This document shows, one piece after another, positions 25,131 to 37,347 of a stretch of 64,000 bases of DNA (its first letter is position 1; each line of letters begins with the position of its first letter). Below the pieces are notes generated by a model. That model worked only from the letters and a program-made list of their open reading frames with translations. It made no database searches and was not told the DNA's origin. A program made the position numbers and the translations under genes. The DNA comes from Marsupella aquatica (Eukaryota > Plantae > Marchantiophyta), in contig OZ316892.1 in NCBI GenBank assembly GCA_973895155.1, forward strand, positions 4,796,510-4,860,509. Reading direction: 5' to 3'.

Positions 25131-28100
25131 AGTACTCCGTGACTTCAGCAGGATATGTGCCAAAAACAGCTTGGGTGACAAGGGGGTAATGCACCCATTA
25201 TGCTTCAGAGACAAGGGGCAGGAACTCTGTGTCGTGACCACCAGCTTGGCCTCGGAATGACTTGGCAGCACAGAGATACTCCGTGCAACGCCCGCCATTG
25301 GCACTGTGAAGTGCAACTCGTACGTAGTGGAAGATTGGTGCTACCACCGAGACCTGCCCAGAGAGAGTCTGAAGGCGAATGGGAGGGGCTGTGAATCCCA
25401 TTCAAACCAAATAAGTAAGTAATTACTAGAAAGTAACAAATCATTGACTGATCTATGTGATGGTCTTTAGTTCGACGATACTCTTTTAATTCTGTTCCTC
25501 AACTTCGACTTCTTGCACCTGGTAGCAGCTACATTTCCATGTTTTAGAGACATACGCTTGTGCGGAAGAATTTCTCTTTGGTAAGTGTGTCCCTCTCTGC
25601 TCTCTGTCCCGTGCTCCAATTGGAGGTTTGTGAACTGTGGAATCAAATGTCTAAACCTGCTCCGAGAGACTCTCTAAACCCTAAACCCTAAAGCTTTACA
25701 AAAACAAAGACCGTCTCAATCCATTCCTTCATTCTAAATCGCCTATTTCTTTCAGCTGCCATGACAGAATCTGAATTCTCGCAGCAACCACAACACATCT
25801 CCTAAGAGAGATAGGTTTTAGCTATATTTGACAATGAACTCACACTCACTGTGAGTCAGCTCCTGATACAAATCTTTCACTCACATATTGTCCCTCGGTA
25901 TCTCCTAGTTGATCCAATTTCGATTCCACTTCACTCTTCCTCTCGAGAAAGAAAAATTGCGGGTCAAATATACATGAGCACTCCAGATTCTGCCAAATTG
26001 CTGCCGGTGCGAGGTCCTAAAAGGCAGGTCAGGTTAAGCACCATCTCTTATCACTCTAACAAGAATGAAAATACAACTGCAGACCCAAAATCCACACGCA
26101 ATTACATAAGAACAACTCGGAGAGAGGATTCCGGGATAGCTACCGTATCACCAGGAGAAAGTTCATCATAGGAAAGAGCGGAGGCTATGCCAAGACAACG
26201 TTCCAGCCTATGAGCCCACGTCTTAGGGTTCCGTCATTCGCCATACATCACAGACAACCTGTTGGGAAACACTTTACCTCCTCTCTGTATGAAAGTCATT
26301 GGAAACGTGAATGGACTCACTGGGGCATAGTTCGTTCACACTTTGGAAGAGCGTCCCTCACCATCTGTCCTACCATGCCTTGCAGCTCCTCGACTGAATC
26401 ACTTGCTGTGTCGGGTTGTCTCTTTTTGTCTTTTTCTTTTTCTTTTCAACTGAAGCCCTATTTAAGACTTCATCTTTTTCCAATCCCAATCCTTGTCAGC
26501 AAATTGATCACGACACAATATCTTTGAACAGTCTAGTGCTTTCCCTTGTCTATATCTGTCGCCTGAGATGTTCCTATACGTTTGCTCCAGTCAGAATTCA
26601 GAGGTGTGATGGAATTCGTCTTACTTAATTCTCAACCTTGCGGGGATTTTATCTGACTCCTTGTAGGTCGTATTGGCTCCTTCTTTTGAGGCTTCTAAAT
26701 CTGAAGCTATTTTGGGGACTTCTTCTCCACTTCCCAGAATTCCAGATCACTAGCAGAAATCAACCTGATGAATCTGATCTACCTTTGCTGTGATCACATG
26801 GGAAGGAGACCTTAGTTCTCAAATTCAAAAGCTATTCAAGATTGCACATCCCAGGATGGCGAGCCCCATGTTGCAACTCAGACGAAAATCTCTCCGTTGG
26901 GTCCCAGGAGGGATGTAACACATGTGACTACGACACCTAAGGGGACTGTCAAGCCTCTTATGTATAGTAGAAGACCATGTTGCACGGTGTGTAATTTACT
27001 GTTTGAACATGACTATCCAGCTCTCACTAACGGCACTGAAGATGACCCGGTCTCCAGAGATCAAAGAATCGAGACTCATCAGTGGACCCAATTACCCCAG
27101 GTAGAACAATTTGGCTTTGGGCACCCTTTGTCTGGAGAAAGTATTGAAAAGAGATTTCGCAGCAACCAAGTCCACTTCACAGAGAAAATTCAGTTTATCA
27201 AGCTGCAGCAGAGATGCACCAACTCCGACAAAGACAACCAGCGGAAACTGAGATGCTTGCGAACAGGAAACCTTGAACTGTATTTCTATTCTCAAGAACA
27301 TCAAAATCCTTCAACCGACATAAACACTACGGTGGCAATCACAATTTGAAACGCAACAGGCTAAGTCTCTATACGAAAAGGTACATCATACTACAAGTGA
27401 AAAGAGTCGTTGCACCACAAGACAGAACCTGTGTCCATATGCGTCTGCCCAGCCAGTATTCATGGCAGGACAGGCCCGTGTACCGTGCACTGGAGCTCTG
27501 GCCTCTGTTCGTTGAACACAAGTCTGTGTGGATCACTTGCTCATCTGGAAGGGTTGGAAATGAAGTCAGCAATTGAGATCTCGGTAAGGCATCTGACCAT
27601 AACAATTGTCATGAACTGTGAGCAACCTTCAAAATTGACGATTTATGTCCCATAATTACTCACTGTTTGCAACCTGTCCAGAAGCCATTATTCATCTCGG
27701 CATCAACCTCCCAAAATATCTGGTAATTGCTCTTCGGCTGCCTGCAACAGTCATGTGTCATAAATATTTAGTTCAACCCTGTTCAAGGTGAGAAGATTTA
27801 AGCTCTTGCCTCTAAGGTCAATGTGATGTTTTTTAGTTTTTTTATTATGTATCTCCATTCAGGCTCTTCATATGTTTGCCATTGACACTCTAACAGTCAT
27901 CATACAATCAGAATTGATACTGGTCTTTCTCCACTAAGTGCTGCTCTACTCTAGGGCAAACAGTCTCAACCCCTGGTCCCAAGACTGGCTCATCATGGTG
28001 GAACATTATACAGGCACACCTCTGCAATCTACTGTGTCCATCCCGCCTATATATATCCCCTGGGTGCACTCCACATTTTGGGCAAAAATCCTCACAACTG

Positions 28101-28437
28101 TGGATACAGGCAGAGTAGCAGATTTGCTTTGGTTGTAACACTCCATTATCGACTGCCACAATACAAAAACCTATGGGCAAGGGTGGAGCATCTAGAGTAA
28201 TGGGCCGACTGTACATGTATGCCTGCATGTATGTACAGGCAAAAACTCCCATTGCACAGCAAAACTGGCAGGGACCAACTTCATTCCACCAGCTTCAGGC
28301 GTAGCCTCTCAGCTCTGCCTTCAAGGTCAGCTCCCAAGCTGCAGCGCGTCCTTGGTATTACTGTGACAAATACAAGAAGCAATAGTTTATCCAACCCAAA
28401 CACTTCAATGAATTTCACGCAACAATTAAGGGTTCAA

Positions 28438-28645
28438 CTATTTCATACAATCAGATAGTGCAGTCCATTTGAGTTTAGTCCATCAGACAGTGTAGTCCAC
28501 TTCATACAATCAGACAATTTAGTCCACTTCATACAATCAGACAATTTAGTCCATTTCATACAATCTAGTCCACTTCATACAATGAGACAGTTTAGTCCAT
28601 TTCATACAATCATCCTGCTTTAGTCCATTTCAGTGAAGTCCATTG
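28438..28645. repeat. About 27-bp minisatellite in a putative intron
   Basis: Repeated TTCATACAATCAGACAATTTAGTCCA(C/T) units. Confidence 0.85.
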
Positions 28646-29227
28646 AATCCAACTTGACACTTCACTCCATTTTCATCCAACCATAAACTCTGGTGCTCCA
28701 TCGTACCCCTTTAGTCCATTTTTTATGTCCAGTATACTTCCATAAGTCCTTAATTAGCCCATTTTAAGTTCAGTATACTTTGTACTATGCAGTGTTTTCT
28801 ACACAACTGAACTAAGGCTTATGATCTATTTGAAATCATGAGGTGGCACATCAGAACCCTCTGGTATGACATGGCGATTGTAGTACACCATACGCCATGG
28901 ACCAATATCCCATATTTCTCTACCCTTCACCCCTCTCTTGAGGTGTATGTCTGCCTCTGGTCCCTCATCCCTGCACCATGCACGAGGGCACCTACGACAC
29001 TGGAAAATTCCCAGATGCCATCCCGATACTCCTTGCAAACATCACAATAATGCCTTGGGCATATCAGCGTAGCGGGATGTGCATCTGAGTTCTCTGCGTA
29101 CCCCATGAGAGGCAACTCCCTTGCCCTCAATATGGTCCGCAGACAACCCACATGATAAAAGGACAAGCAGTCATCCTGTGCACACTGGACCAAAAGGGCT
29201 CATCTGTAGTGGGCTTTAGGGTTCGGC

Positions 29228-29518
29228 CTCGGGGGGTTAACTAAGTGTATATTTGGGGGTACCACGTGCGATCCTAGCCTAATATAAATAGGCCTATTTT
29301 ATAAAGAAAATATTCCAAGAATATTCTCTAGCTATTTTCAATATTAATAACCTATTTTACTTTATAAAAAATATATATTAGAGAATATTCTATAAACATG
29401 AGTTTATAATACCTTCTTTTGCCTCCTATGCTTTTTAAAAATTTAGTTAAGTTCTATCCAAAATACCTATTTTGGATCGCACGTGGTTCCTAAGATTTTT
29501 TATAGTTAACCCCCCGAG
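29228..29518. mobile_element. 291-bp non-autonomous TIR element (MITE-like)
   Basis: TIR CTCGGGGGGTTAACTA...CCACGTGCGATCC at both ends. TSD GGTTCGGC (8 bp, or 10 bp GGGTTCGGCC if the TIR is 1 nt shorter). AT-rich core. Confidence 0.9.
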
Positions 29519-32112
29519 GGTTCGGCCAAGTAGTCCACCAGCAAAGCAATGACCTCGATTCTGCTGACAGAGGTCACAAAGCCACTCCTTGGCCCAATCA
29601 TGCCCTCTAGAAATGGCAATTCGTGTGCACTCAGGCCCATGGCCATCAGGCTCCTCAGGATCCTGCCCATCAACTAAGTAATGGAAATGACGACTGCAAG
29701 GCCCATCGCAGAACAAAATTGTACCTCCCTCATCACATTGAAAACAACAAGGGGGATCCATGCAAAGGTGCTCTTTATGGGCAAACTTTGGATCCAGCCA
29801 GGTAGCAGCAGCCCCTGCCATGCCCGATGTCATGTGTGGATCTGCACAATTACCTGGAATATTACAACAAATCTATGGAGAGGGACAAGGCACAAACATG
29901 AAGACCCGCATGAAGAGCGTATGTGTAGTGTACTTACCGTGAGAGAGAACAAAGTAGAAATCAGGAGATGTCCCGCCCACTCAGTCTCACGGAGTACAAT
30001 AACTTAACTTGGCACTGGTTTATGTGTGCTCTGCACAAAGAGCAAAAAAGTTAAACATGGTTGGTTGAGAGAAAATCGAGGAATGGATTGCCTCTCTCAA
30101 AATTTGTTGACTCACACGTATTGACTATCTATTCGTCTTCTATCAAAGTTGTTGAGAAATAAACAAAATAAAAAAGGCTCAACTGCAGTGGAATGGAAGG
30201 AAAGCAAAGTGGCGGCAGTCAGGCAGACTGGAAACAAAAGACTTTACAAGGGCTAAGGAGAAGCTAGCAAAAGAGAGTAAAGGGAAACTCCACAACAAAC
30301 AAAACACTTCAGAACCTAGCAAAATTGATGGACAACTGCACTTTTGGTCAACAAAGCTCCAAACATACAGACAAGGAAACTATCTCATAGGAGGGAAAAA
30401 ATTATTGGGAAAGAGGCAGAGCAACAAGTGGAATGCAGACAAAAATGCAGGGCAAGTGGCCAAGGCATGGCAAAAGAAAAGTAATGTATTAGGCTGGACG
30501 GAACTTGAGGGTCATATTGTCTGTCAGATAAGTACAGATAGTACTAATGGAGACAAGATGGGAGTAAACAATGAATGACTACAAGGGAATGCGTCGAAGG
30601 TGTATCATGAAAAGAAAGATGTACTTATACACACCAGGAACCAGAAAATCCCTTCAAGCTAGAACACTGTTGTTTGACGATTGCTGCTGCTACTACTGCT
30701 TTGCACCCACCCACTAGTTCACCCAGAGCTGCAGCATTCAACCTTGCAGCATCCAGCGGATAGAATGAGAAGTCACAGCAACTCCTAGTGCTTGCAGCAA
30801 CTAGCAGCAAGTTGTAGTCGCTTGCAGCAATTTGCAGCAAGTCCCAACACCTCCCAGTGGCTCCCAACAACTCCAACAGCGCACCTCAGGAGCAGGAAAT
30901 CACTTCAGATATGCAAGACCGATGGAGGTGCAACACACAGACAAAAAGCGGGACTCCAGCAAAACTAGTTCACATAATTGTACGCAGATAAGCAACGTAG
31001 ACAAAGCCCAAATACTGTTTGACACACTGGGGATAAGATTGGTGGACTTACGCACTATGCATATGGCATGAAGCATGCCTTTAAGCGGTTCCGATTAAAT
31101 AGTCACAACAGCAAACACAACATACCAATTATACAACCAATATTGGATCAATGCAACAGAAATGGATCTATACACATTGTCTGGTTAATTAAACTATGTG
31201 TGTGTGCTCTAAACAGAGAGCCAAAGTTAAACATGGTAGGCAGGTCAGTCGCAGGCCGCCCCAGCTCACAAGTCCCAAGTGAAACTGATGACTAACCCAG
31301 AAAATAGAGCCTTACATCAAACGAAGTGAATCTTCGTCATAGTCACTTGGCGCTAATCGGTTCTTGAGAAACAATCAATAAAAGAGGAGAAAATTGGGAA
31401 ACCATGGCTGCAAAGGGGGAGCAAAAGCGCTAAATGAGCAGCATGGCTGGTCGGGGGAATAAAAAATTCACTTCATAAAGCACATTGATGGAACAGAAAT
31501 GATCCACTCATGTACCTTGATTGACACAAATATCTGCTCAATTCCATTGACTCCTAAACTCCATCGACACTTCAGCAAAAAAAATAGATACATCACTTCA
31601 ATGATCTTCCCACATTGACATTTACCAAGGTCATCAATAAGCATTGAAGCACTTGGGAACAACTGCTAAACAAAGTGTATTCATGCGCAACTGTAGCCAC
31701 TCGAACTCAGAAGCAGCGCAGCTCACTCGCACTCCAACTCGGAAGCAAAAACCATGGGATACACTTCAGCTCGGAACAGCAATGCCAAGGACAAATCGTA
31801 GGGCAGAAAACAGCAGGTGGATGGGGGATGGAGCAACCTCAAACAGATGTACACGGACTCAGACACAATTTGTAGCATCAGGAGATGAGCAATGACATCA
31901 GTGCTCAGAATATACCAGATGCATCACATCTCAGAGGAAAGGAAAACAGAGTAGACCAATCAAGGGTCTATTTAAGTAGATGAAAAGTTCACCACCTAGA
32001 GTTCACCTAAGTGCCTTATACACAGTCAAGCAAGGGAGGAACCCCTAAGATTAAAGAGTTTACTAGATCCTCTCTGCAATGCACTATCTAATCCGCAGGT
32101 CGATTTCAACTT

Positions 32113-32940
32113 CTAACAATCACTACTCTTCTTACTTGTGCCCTTAAAAGTGTCATGCGTTATGTTTCCAGAAGCTTCAATGCTATAGTTAACCGCGCGT
32201 TCCTGTTTCTTAGAAGAGAGGGAAGTAGCTCCTGCCGACACCGCCGTGATATGATTCATGATCTCTGAAATTATTTGCATCGGATCAAATGAGAGACAGG
32301 GTGTTAACTCGAACACTTGTACATTCCTAGCATTCCACAAGTGCCACAGAACCTGATAAATTACGAAGGCCCGCAGTGACAATAGAGGTGAGCATCCCAG
32401 GATGGAGCACAACAGATCTACAATGCTCGTAAAGTTTCCGATAAGTTCTCCTCTCATCCATCTCTTCATCTCAGTCCAGACATTGAGAGCATGCTTACAG
32501 TGGCAAAATAAGTGTGGTAAGGTTTCTATCCTTGAGGTGCACATTGTGCAACATCCATTAGATTTCCCGATCCGCAAGGCCCGAACACCAGAAAATAACC
32601 CCTGTGCAATAATTCGCCATATGAAGACCTTTGCTCTTGTTGAGAGGTCCAAAGACCACATCCCCTTCCACACTGAGCTCCATTCAGTCTCATTAAGTGT
32701 CACATTCCAGATACGATTCAGCCTTTCCCAGTCAGAGCCTTTAGGTCGTAGCATCTCATACACCCTCAGATTTGTTGTGGTAAATCTCCTCATCTCAGTC
32801 TCAGTGTCATTCCATCTCCAAAGTCGAGGAACAGCACCAGATTCCCTGCCCCTAACAGTAGAACAACAGATCATATTGTATATGACCCGATGAAGGATCC
32901 GTCCAGTATATGTGGGTAAAAAGTTAGTAAATGAGGCTAG
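32113..32940 (-). mobile_element. 5'-truncated L1-like LINE (zf-RVT and C-terminal region)
   Basis: WKGMWSLDLSTRAKVFIWRII..GL, CTMC...ETLPHLFCHC and LWHLWNARN. Confidence 0.88.
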
Positions 32941-33051
32941 CAGTGTCCCGTGCTGATAAGCCGCGGAACTGGCCTTGGCAAGAGCGAAACCGGTGGGAAT
33001 CGACTTGTTCAGGGCGGGTTCTTGGGTTTAGAGAGCCATGGGACGCACCAC

Positions 33052-33665
33052 AACACATTTGAACTAACCATGTTTAAGAGTTAAAGTACATCAATTTGCC
33101 AGCTTTGAGACACCCTAATAGCACAGCAGCACATTTGCACTAACCATGTTTAAGAGTTAAAGTACATCAAATTGCCAACTTTGAGACGCCCTATTATTAT
33201 GAAGCGGGGCAACACATTTGCACTAACCATGTTTAAGAGTTAAAGTACATCAAATTGCCAGCTTTGAGACGCACTATTATTATGAAGCCCGGCAGCACAT
33301 TTGCACTGACCATGTTTGAGAGGACGCACTATTATTATGAAGCACAGCAGCACATTTGCAGTGACCATGTTTAAGAGTTAAAGTACATCGAATTGCCAGC
33401 TTTGAGATGCCCTGTTACTATGAAGCGCGGAAACACATTTGCACTAACCATGTCTAAGCTTTGAGAAGCCCTATTATTATTATGAATCGCGGCAAGACAT
33501 TTGCACTAACCATGTCTAAGCTTTGAGAAGCCCTATTATTATTATGAATCGCGGCAAGACATTTGCACTAACCATGCTTAAGAGTTAAAGTACATAAAAT
33601 TGCCAGCTTTGAGAGGCCCTGTTATTATGAAGCGCGACAATACATTTGCACTAACCATGTTTAAG
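33052..33665. repeat. Tandem repeat with variable 55-85-bp units, about 9 copies of the core
   Basis: Core CACATTTGCACTAACCATGTTTAAGAGTTAAAGTACATCAAATTGCCAGCTTTGAGA..CCCTATTATTATGAAGC, with modular deletions. Confidence 0.92.
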
Positions 33666-34448
33666 TGCACATGCCGATGCAGTGACAGTCCGAGCTTTCG
33701 TGGCGGGGGCCCTTTTGGGGAACCACACATTCCCGACTTACGCCCATCATTCCGGTAGCGTAAAACGTGTAAAACACTAAAACCTCAGATGAACAGAACA
33801 GCAGGAACAGCAGGTACAGCAGGTTTGAGACGCCCTGATGGAGCTCCAAGAGACATTGCCCAGGGAGGTTGCGTCGTTCAGCAATCCGCTCGGTGGGTCC
33901 GGAGCGGGAGAGGTGTTTGCTGAGTTGGGGAACACAAGCTTACTCCATAGAGTAGGCCCCCCTCGCTGTCTTCCAACCAGGGAAAAAGAGATCCCCGATG
34001 ATTGCTCTCCCCTTCGAATCGCGAAATGCGCGTCCAAAGAATGAAGTCGGGCATCTGAAAAGGGACCTGTGATCCATCCCCCGTCAACGAAGAATCGTTT
34101 ATGGTGGTTGCTTGAAAACGTTTTGGTGATGTTGGTCCACAACAGATGGCGGAGGACGTTTCTGGAGACGTTCGATCGTTGAAATTTCTTCTGTACAGAG
34201 TTTGATTGAAGGAAGGTCCGCGAGAAAGCATGGCGGACGATAATTCTCGGACAGCGGAGGAATGACACGAACTAAGGGCATCACTGCGGCTCCTGTGATA
34301 GCATTTTGGTGCTCGTCGACGGACAAGGCCGACCAACTGAAGTTCCTCGTAAATTTCATCTTCTTTCGCTGATCAATTTACTTTTGACAACGTAAGATCT
34401 TCGGACGAGATTCCAGGATTCTTTCAATAATGTTGATCCGTTGGGAGG

Positions 34449-36554
34449 ATGTCCAAGTATAATTCTTGGTCAAGACAGGAAATGACAGGAACAATGGGCG
34501 TCACTACCGTTCCCCTGCCAGCTTTTTGGTTTTCGTCGAAGAATGAGGGCGACCAACTCAGACGGTCTCCTCGTAAAGAGCATATTTGCCAGAACCCACG
34601 TTGTGCGGCCAACGACTTGGCCTACAGCACACCTTATTCGGAACCCCCTATTAAACGGATTAAGGGTTCCTTCAAGAACGTCAGGCCCAACAATGGTTGT
34701 CCGGTTTCCTCCAACGGAACTCCAACAGAATCAGAAACTTGTGGAGGCATCAAAGCACATGGTAGACATGCTGGTAAATATGCGGATTGTGATGTTGCTT
34801 CTTCTCCAAGACCGACGGAGACCTGTGGACGTATCAAAGCACATCGTAGGCAGGCTGGAGCATGTGCGGATTGCAATGTTGATGCTTATCCAAGACCCAC
34901 GGGAAAACCCCGAGGAGAATCATGTTTAGTGCACTCTCTGAAGGGATCCACAGGCATGAATCCCAAAGAGTCCACACCATTGTCAGGAATTAATCGCAAG
35001 GAGTTGACAGGAATTTATCCCAACGACTCCAAAAGATCGACAGGAATGAATTCCAAGGAGTCCGCGAGATTGACAGGAATTAATCCCAGGGAGTTCAAGG
35101 TATCGACAAAAATTAACTCTAAGGAGTCCACGCGATTGACAGGACTTTATCTCAACGAGTCAACCAGATCAGCAAGGCTCAATTCCAAAGAGTTTACATC
35201 ATCGACAGGAATGGATTCCATTGAGTCCACAACGTCGATTTCTTCGAGCAGCCATGCTCCTTCGATTTCCACCCCACGCAGAAGCCCTCCAAAGCCAAGT
35301 AAAATTGCTCTAGGACATCTGTCAGTCCGGAAGGGGAGTACGAGCACAGAAAGTTCTAGTCCTGGATGTTCCCAAGGAACAACTCAGTCTCTGCCAATCA
35401 GTCGTCTTTCGGAGTCCATGGACAGGTCAATTGCCGGTCCCAACCTGACACCTTCCTTTCTCAAGAGCGGAAGAATGGCTCCCCCGAATTCAGAGAGGGA
35501 TGAGGAGGAGCTGCCTTCCATCAAAGAATTAGACTCACTAACATTACCGCAATTTCATGGATTACCAGTAGGATCTTCTTCGACTCCAAATTGGCCTCCT
35601 TTGGCAACTACCATTGACCCCATTGTAAAGCCTATAAATCCGGCGCCTACGAACCATGCCCCAACTTCTATCGATTGTTTACCAGTAAGGTCCTCGTCAA
35701 ATTCAAGTTGGCCCCCTACTTTGCCAACTGACGTTACTCCCATTTCAAGAGCTGTAAACGTGGCGTCCAAGAGTGATTCGCGGCCTTCGAACTTGCCTGC
35801 TGCACCATTAAGTAGCATCGCAGCCACGATGCCACCGGAAGCTACTACGACTGGCATCCGGGCAATGCCTATACGCTCTTCTTCTCCAACGATGAATAAA
35901 TTGTCTGAAGATCGCAGTGGCTCCGGCTTTCGCCACGCACCTTCAATAACTGAACATGTCAAGTGTAGAAGGACCCCGGCCCTTCCGAAGAGCAGGGAGA
36001 GTGATTTGTCAACCAGATCACCGACCGTTGCGACGACGAGCAATGCCGCCCAGATGTGCATATTGGAACAGAGGCTGGAGGACGAAGATCACAGAAGCAA
36101 TGCCTCCAGTCTCAACACTGCTACTAGTGATAGCTCCACGGAGTCATGCTCCATTGGGCTTGGTACACTTCGAGGAGCCGAGCCCGTTTCGGCCTTCTAC
36201 AATGCTCTATATGCTCCGGATTGCACATTGAGCGGCACGACGGCACTGGAGGCGCATCTCCACTGGCAGAATCGCAATGCAGATCGGAGGTTGAGGGTTG
36301 CACTTGAGATCGCCATCTTAAGTGCGATGGTTACGATTCTCGTTGTCGTGCTTTACCCTGCACTTACACGAGGTTTGAGGTCGCATTTCTACGGCAATTG
36401 CTCATGTCCGGTTGGCCCGGCCATCGCTGCTTCACGGAATCCAAGCAAACACAACTCGCAGCTGAAATCGGCTGATGGATGTGCGTACAGGGGAACAACC
36501 TCATGGAGTTGCCTACCGGAACAGCAGACGAGGGGTTCGACTGTTGTTAAATAA
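34449..36554 (+). CDS. Uncharacterised 701-aa Ser/Pro/Thr-rich protein with internal repeats and a C-proximal transmembrane helix
   Basis: Uninterrupted 2.1-kb ORF with a 28-aa duplication, about 9 x 11-aa repeats, and hydrophobic VALEIAILSAMVTILVVVLYPAL. Confidence 0.7.
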   Translation: MSKYNSWSRQEMTGTMGVTTVPLPAFWFSSKNEGDQLRRSPRKEHICQNPRCAANDLAYSTPYSEPPIKRIKGSFKNVRPNNGCPVSSNGTPTESETCGGIKAHGRHAGKYADCDVASSPRPTETCGRIKAHRRQAGACADCNVDAYPRPTGKPRGESCLVHSLKGSTGMNPKESTPLSGINRKELTGIYPNDSKRSTGMNSKESARLTGINPREFKVSTKINSKESTRLTGLYLNESTRSARLNSKEFTSSTGMDSIESTTSISSSSHAPSISTPRRSPPKPSKIALGHLSVRKGSTSTESSSPGCSQGTTQSLPISRLSESMDRSIAGPNLTPSFLKSGRMAPPNSERDEEELPSIKELDSLTLPQFHGLPVGSSSTPNWPPLATTIDPIVKPINPAPTNHAPTSIDCLPVRSSSNSSWPPTLPTDVTPISRAVNVASKSDSRPSNLPAAPLSSIAATMPPEATTTGIRAMPIRSSSPTMNKLSEDRSGSGFRHAPSITEHVKCRRTPALPKSRESDLSTRSPTVATTSNAAQMCILEQRLEDEDHRSNASSLNTATSDSSTESCSIGLGTLRGAEPVSAFYNALYAPDCTLSGTTALEAHLHWQNRNADRRLRVALEIAILSAMVTILVVVLYPALTRGLRSHFYGNCSCPVGPAIAASRNPSKHNSQLKSADGCAYRGTTSWSCLPEQQTRGSTVVK

Positions 36555-37347
36555 CGCCGGGCTTAGTACGCACCTAGTGTAGTGTAGGTGGCCTTGTGGC
36601 TACGCAATGCACCTTTTTTGCAAACCTTGGGGTTCTCGAGCGTGATCCAATTATATCATTACTGTAATGCTATCTATCCTCCATACATTCTTCTCCCAAG
36701 GTTGTCTTGTGATGTAGTAGCGCCGTGCTGGCCATGTCATGACTAAAACTCCAACTTAACTAGAGTAGTACCGTGTTTGCAAACCTCTGGCTTCTTTCGT
36801 ATGATCAAAAAATGTGCACAGGCTAATATTCATTCATCACATCTACTCAGATTCCCGGTCAGATTGCGTTGTATATTATCGAAAAGTCCTAGGCTGCTTT
36901 ACATATCAATTTGAGCTGCCTAGAGGGTTGGACTTCATTGGGGCGTACCACTTCGTCTTCACTTGACCGTCAAGAGGCCATTTCCGTCGGCGTTATTAAA
37001 TGACAGGCGTTATTAGCTTCCCATATCAAGATACAAAGAAAGGTTCCGACTCTTGCCGATCAGGGCATGGGAAATCCTTGTTGGCGACCACTTTCCCAAT
37101 CCTGGATTAATGTTTGAAAACATCTGATCGTCAACAGCGGGCTGGACAAATTAGGACGTATGAACTTTGACACGAGCTCGTTCAATCTCAACTACCTTTG
37201 CCACCTTCGAAACAATCTAGTCAATTACTACTACTGGACATATGCAAGGATTCAAGACCTTTATTTTGCAATCACTAGGGACGATCGTTATAGTGATTCG
37301 TAAAAGTAGATGTTGGTGATCAAGTGGTCCGAATGATTTCTGAGTAA

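Larger units (their letters stand above)
27900..29841 (-). pseudogene. EDM2-like atypical PHD-finger cluster with possible SAM-methyltransferase-like remnant; disrupted
   Basis: CFQCDEGGTILFCDGPCSRHFH...WLCDLCQQNRGHCF, VQCAQDDCLSFYHVGC...LICPRHYCDVC and FQCRRCPRAW...IWD...RMVYY..H follow the order of the EDM2 PHD region. Downstream FCCAMG..CIVAVD. Frameshifts and a TIR insertion. Confidence 0.75.

Noticed and set aside
25673-25692. Telomere-like CTAAACCCTAAACCCTAAA (also 2998-3018), considered as a telomerase RNA template or interstitial telomere
   Set aside because: Only 2-3 units and no USE/TATA Pol III promoter seen; this is a common telo-box motif.
33052-33665. Repeat array resembling a CRISPR
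   Set aside because: The sequence between cores is itself repeated (no unique spacers), the context is eukaryotic, and there are no cas genes.
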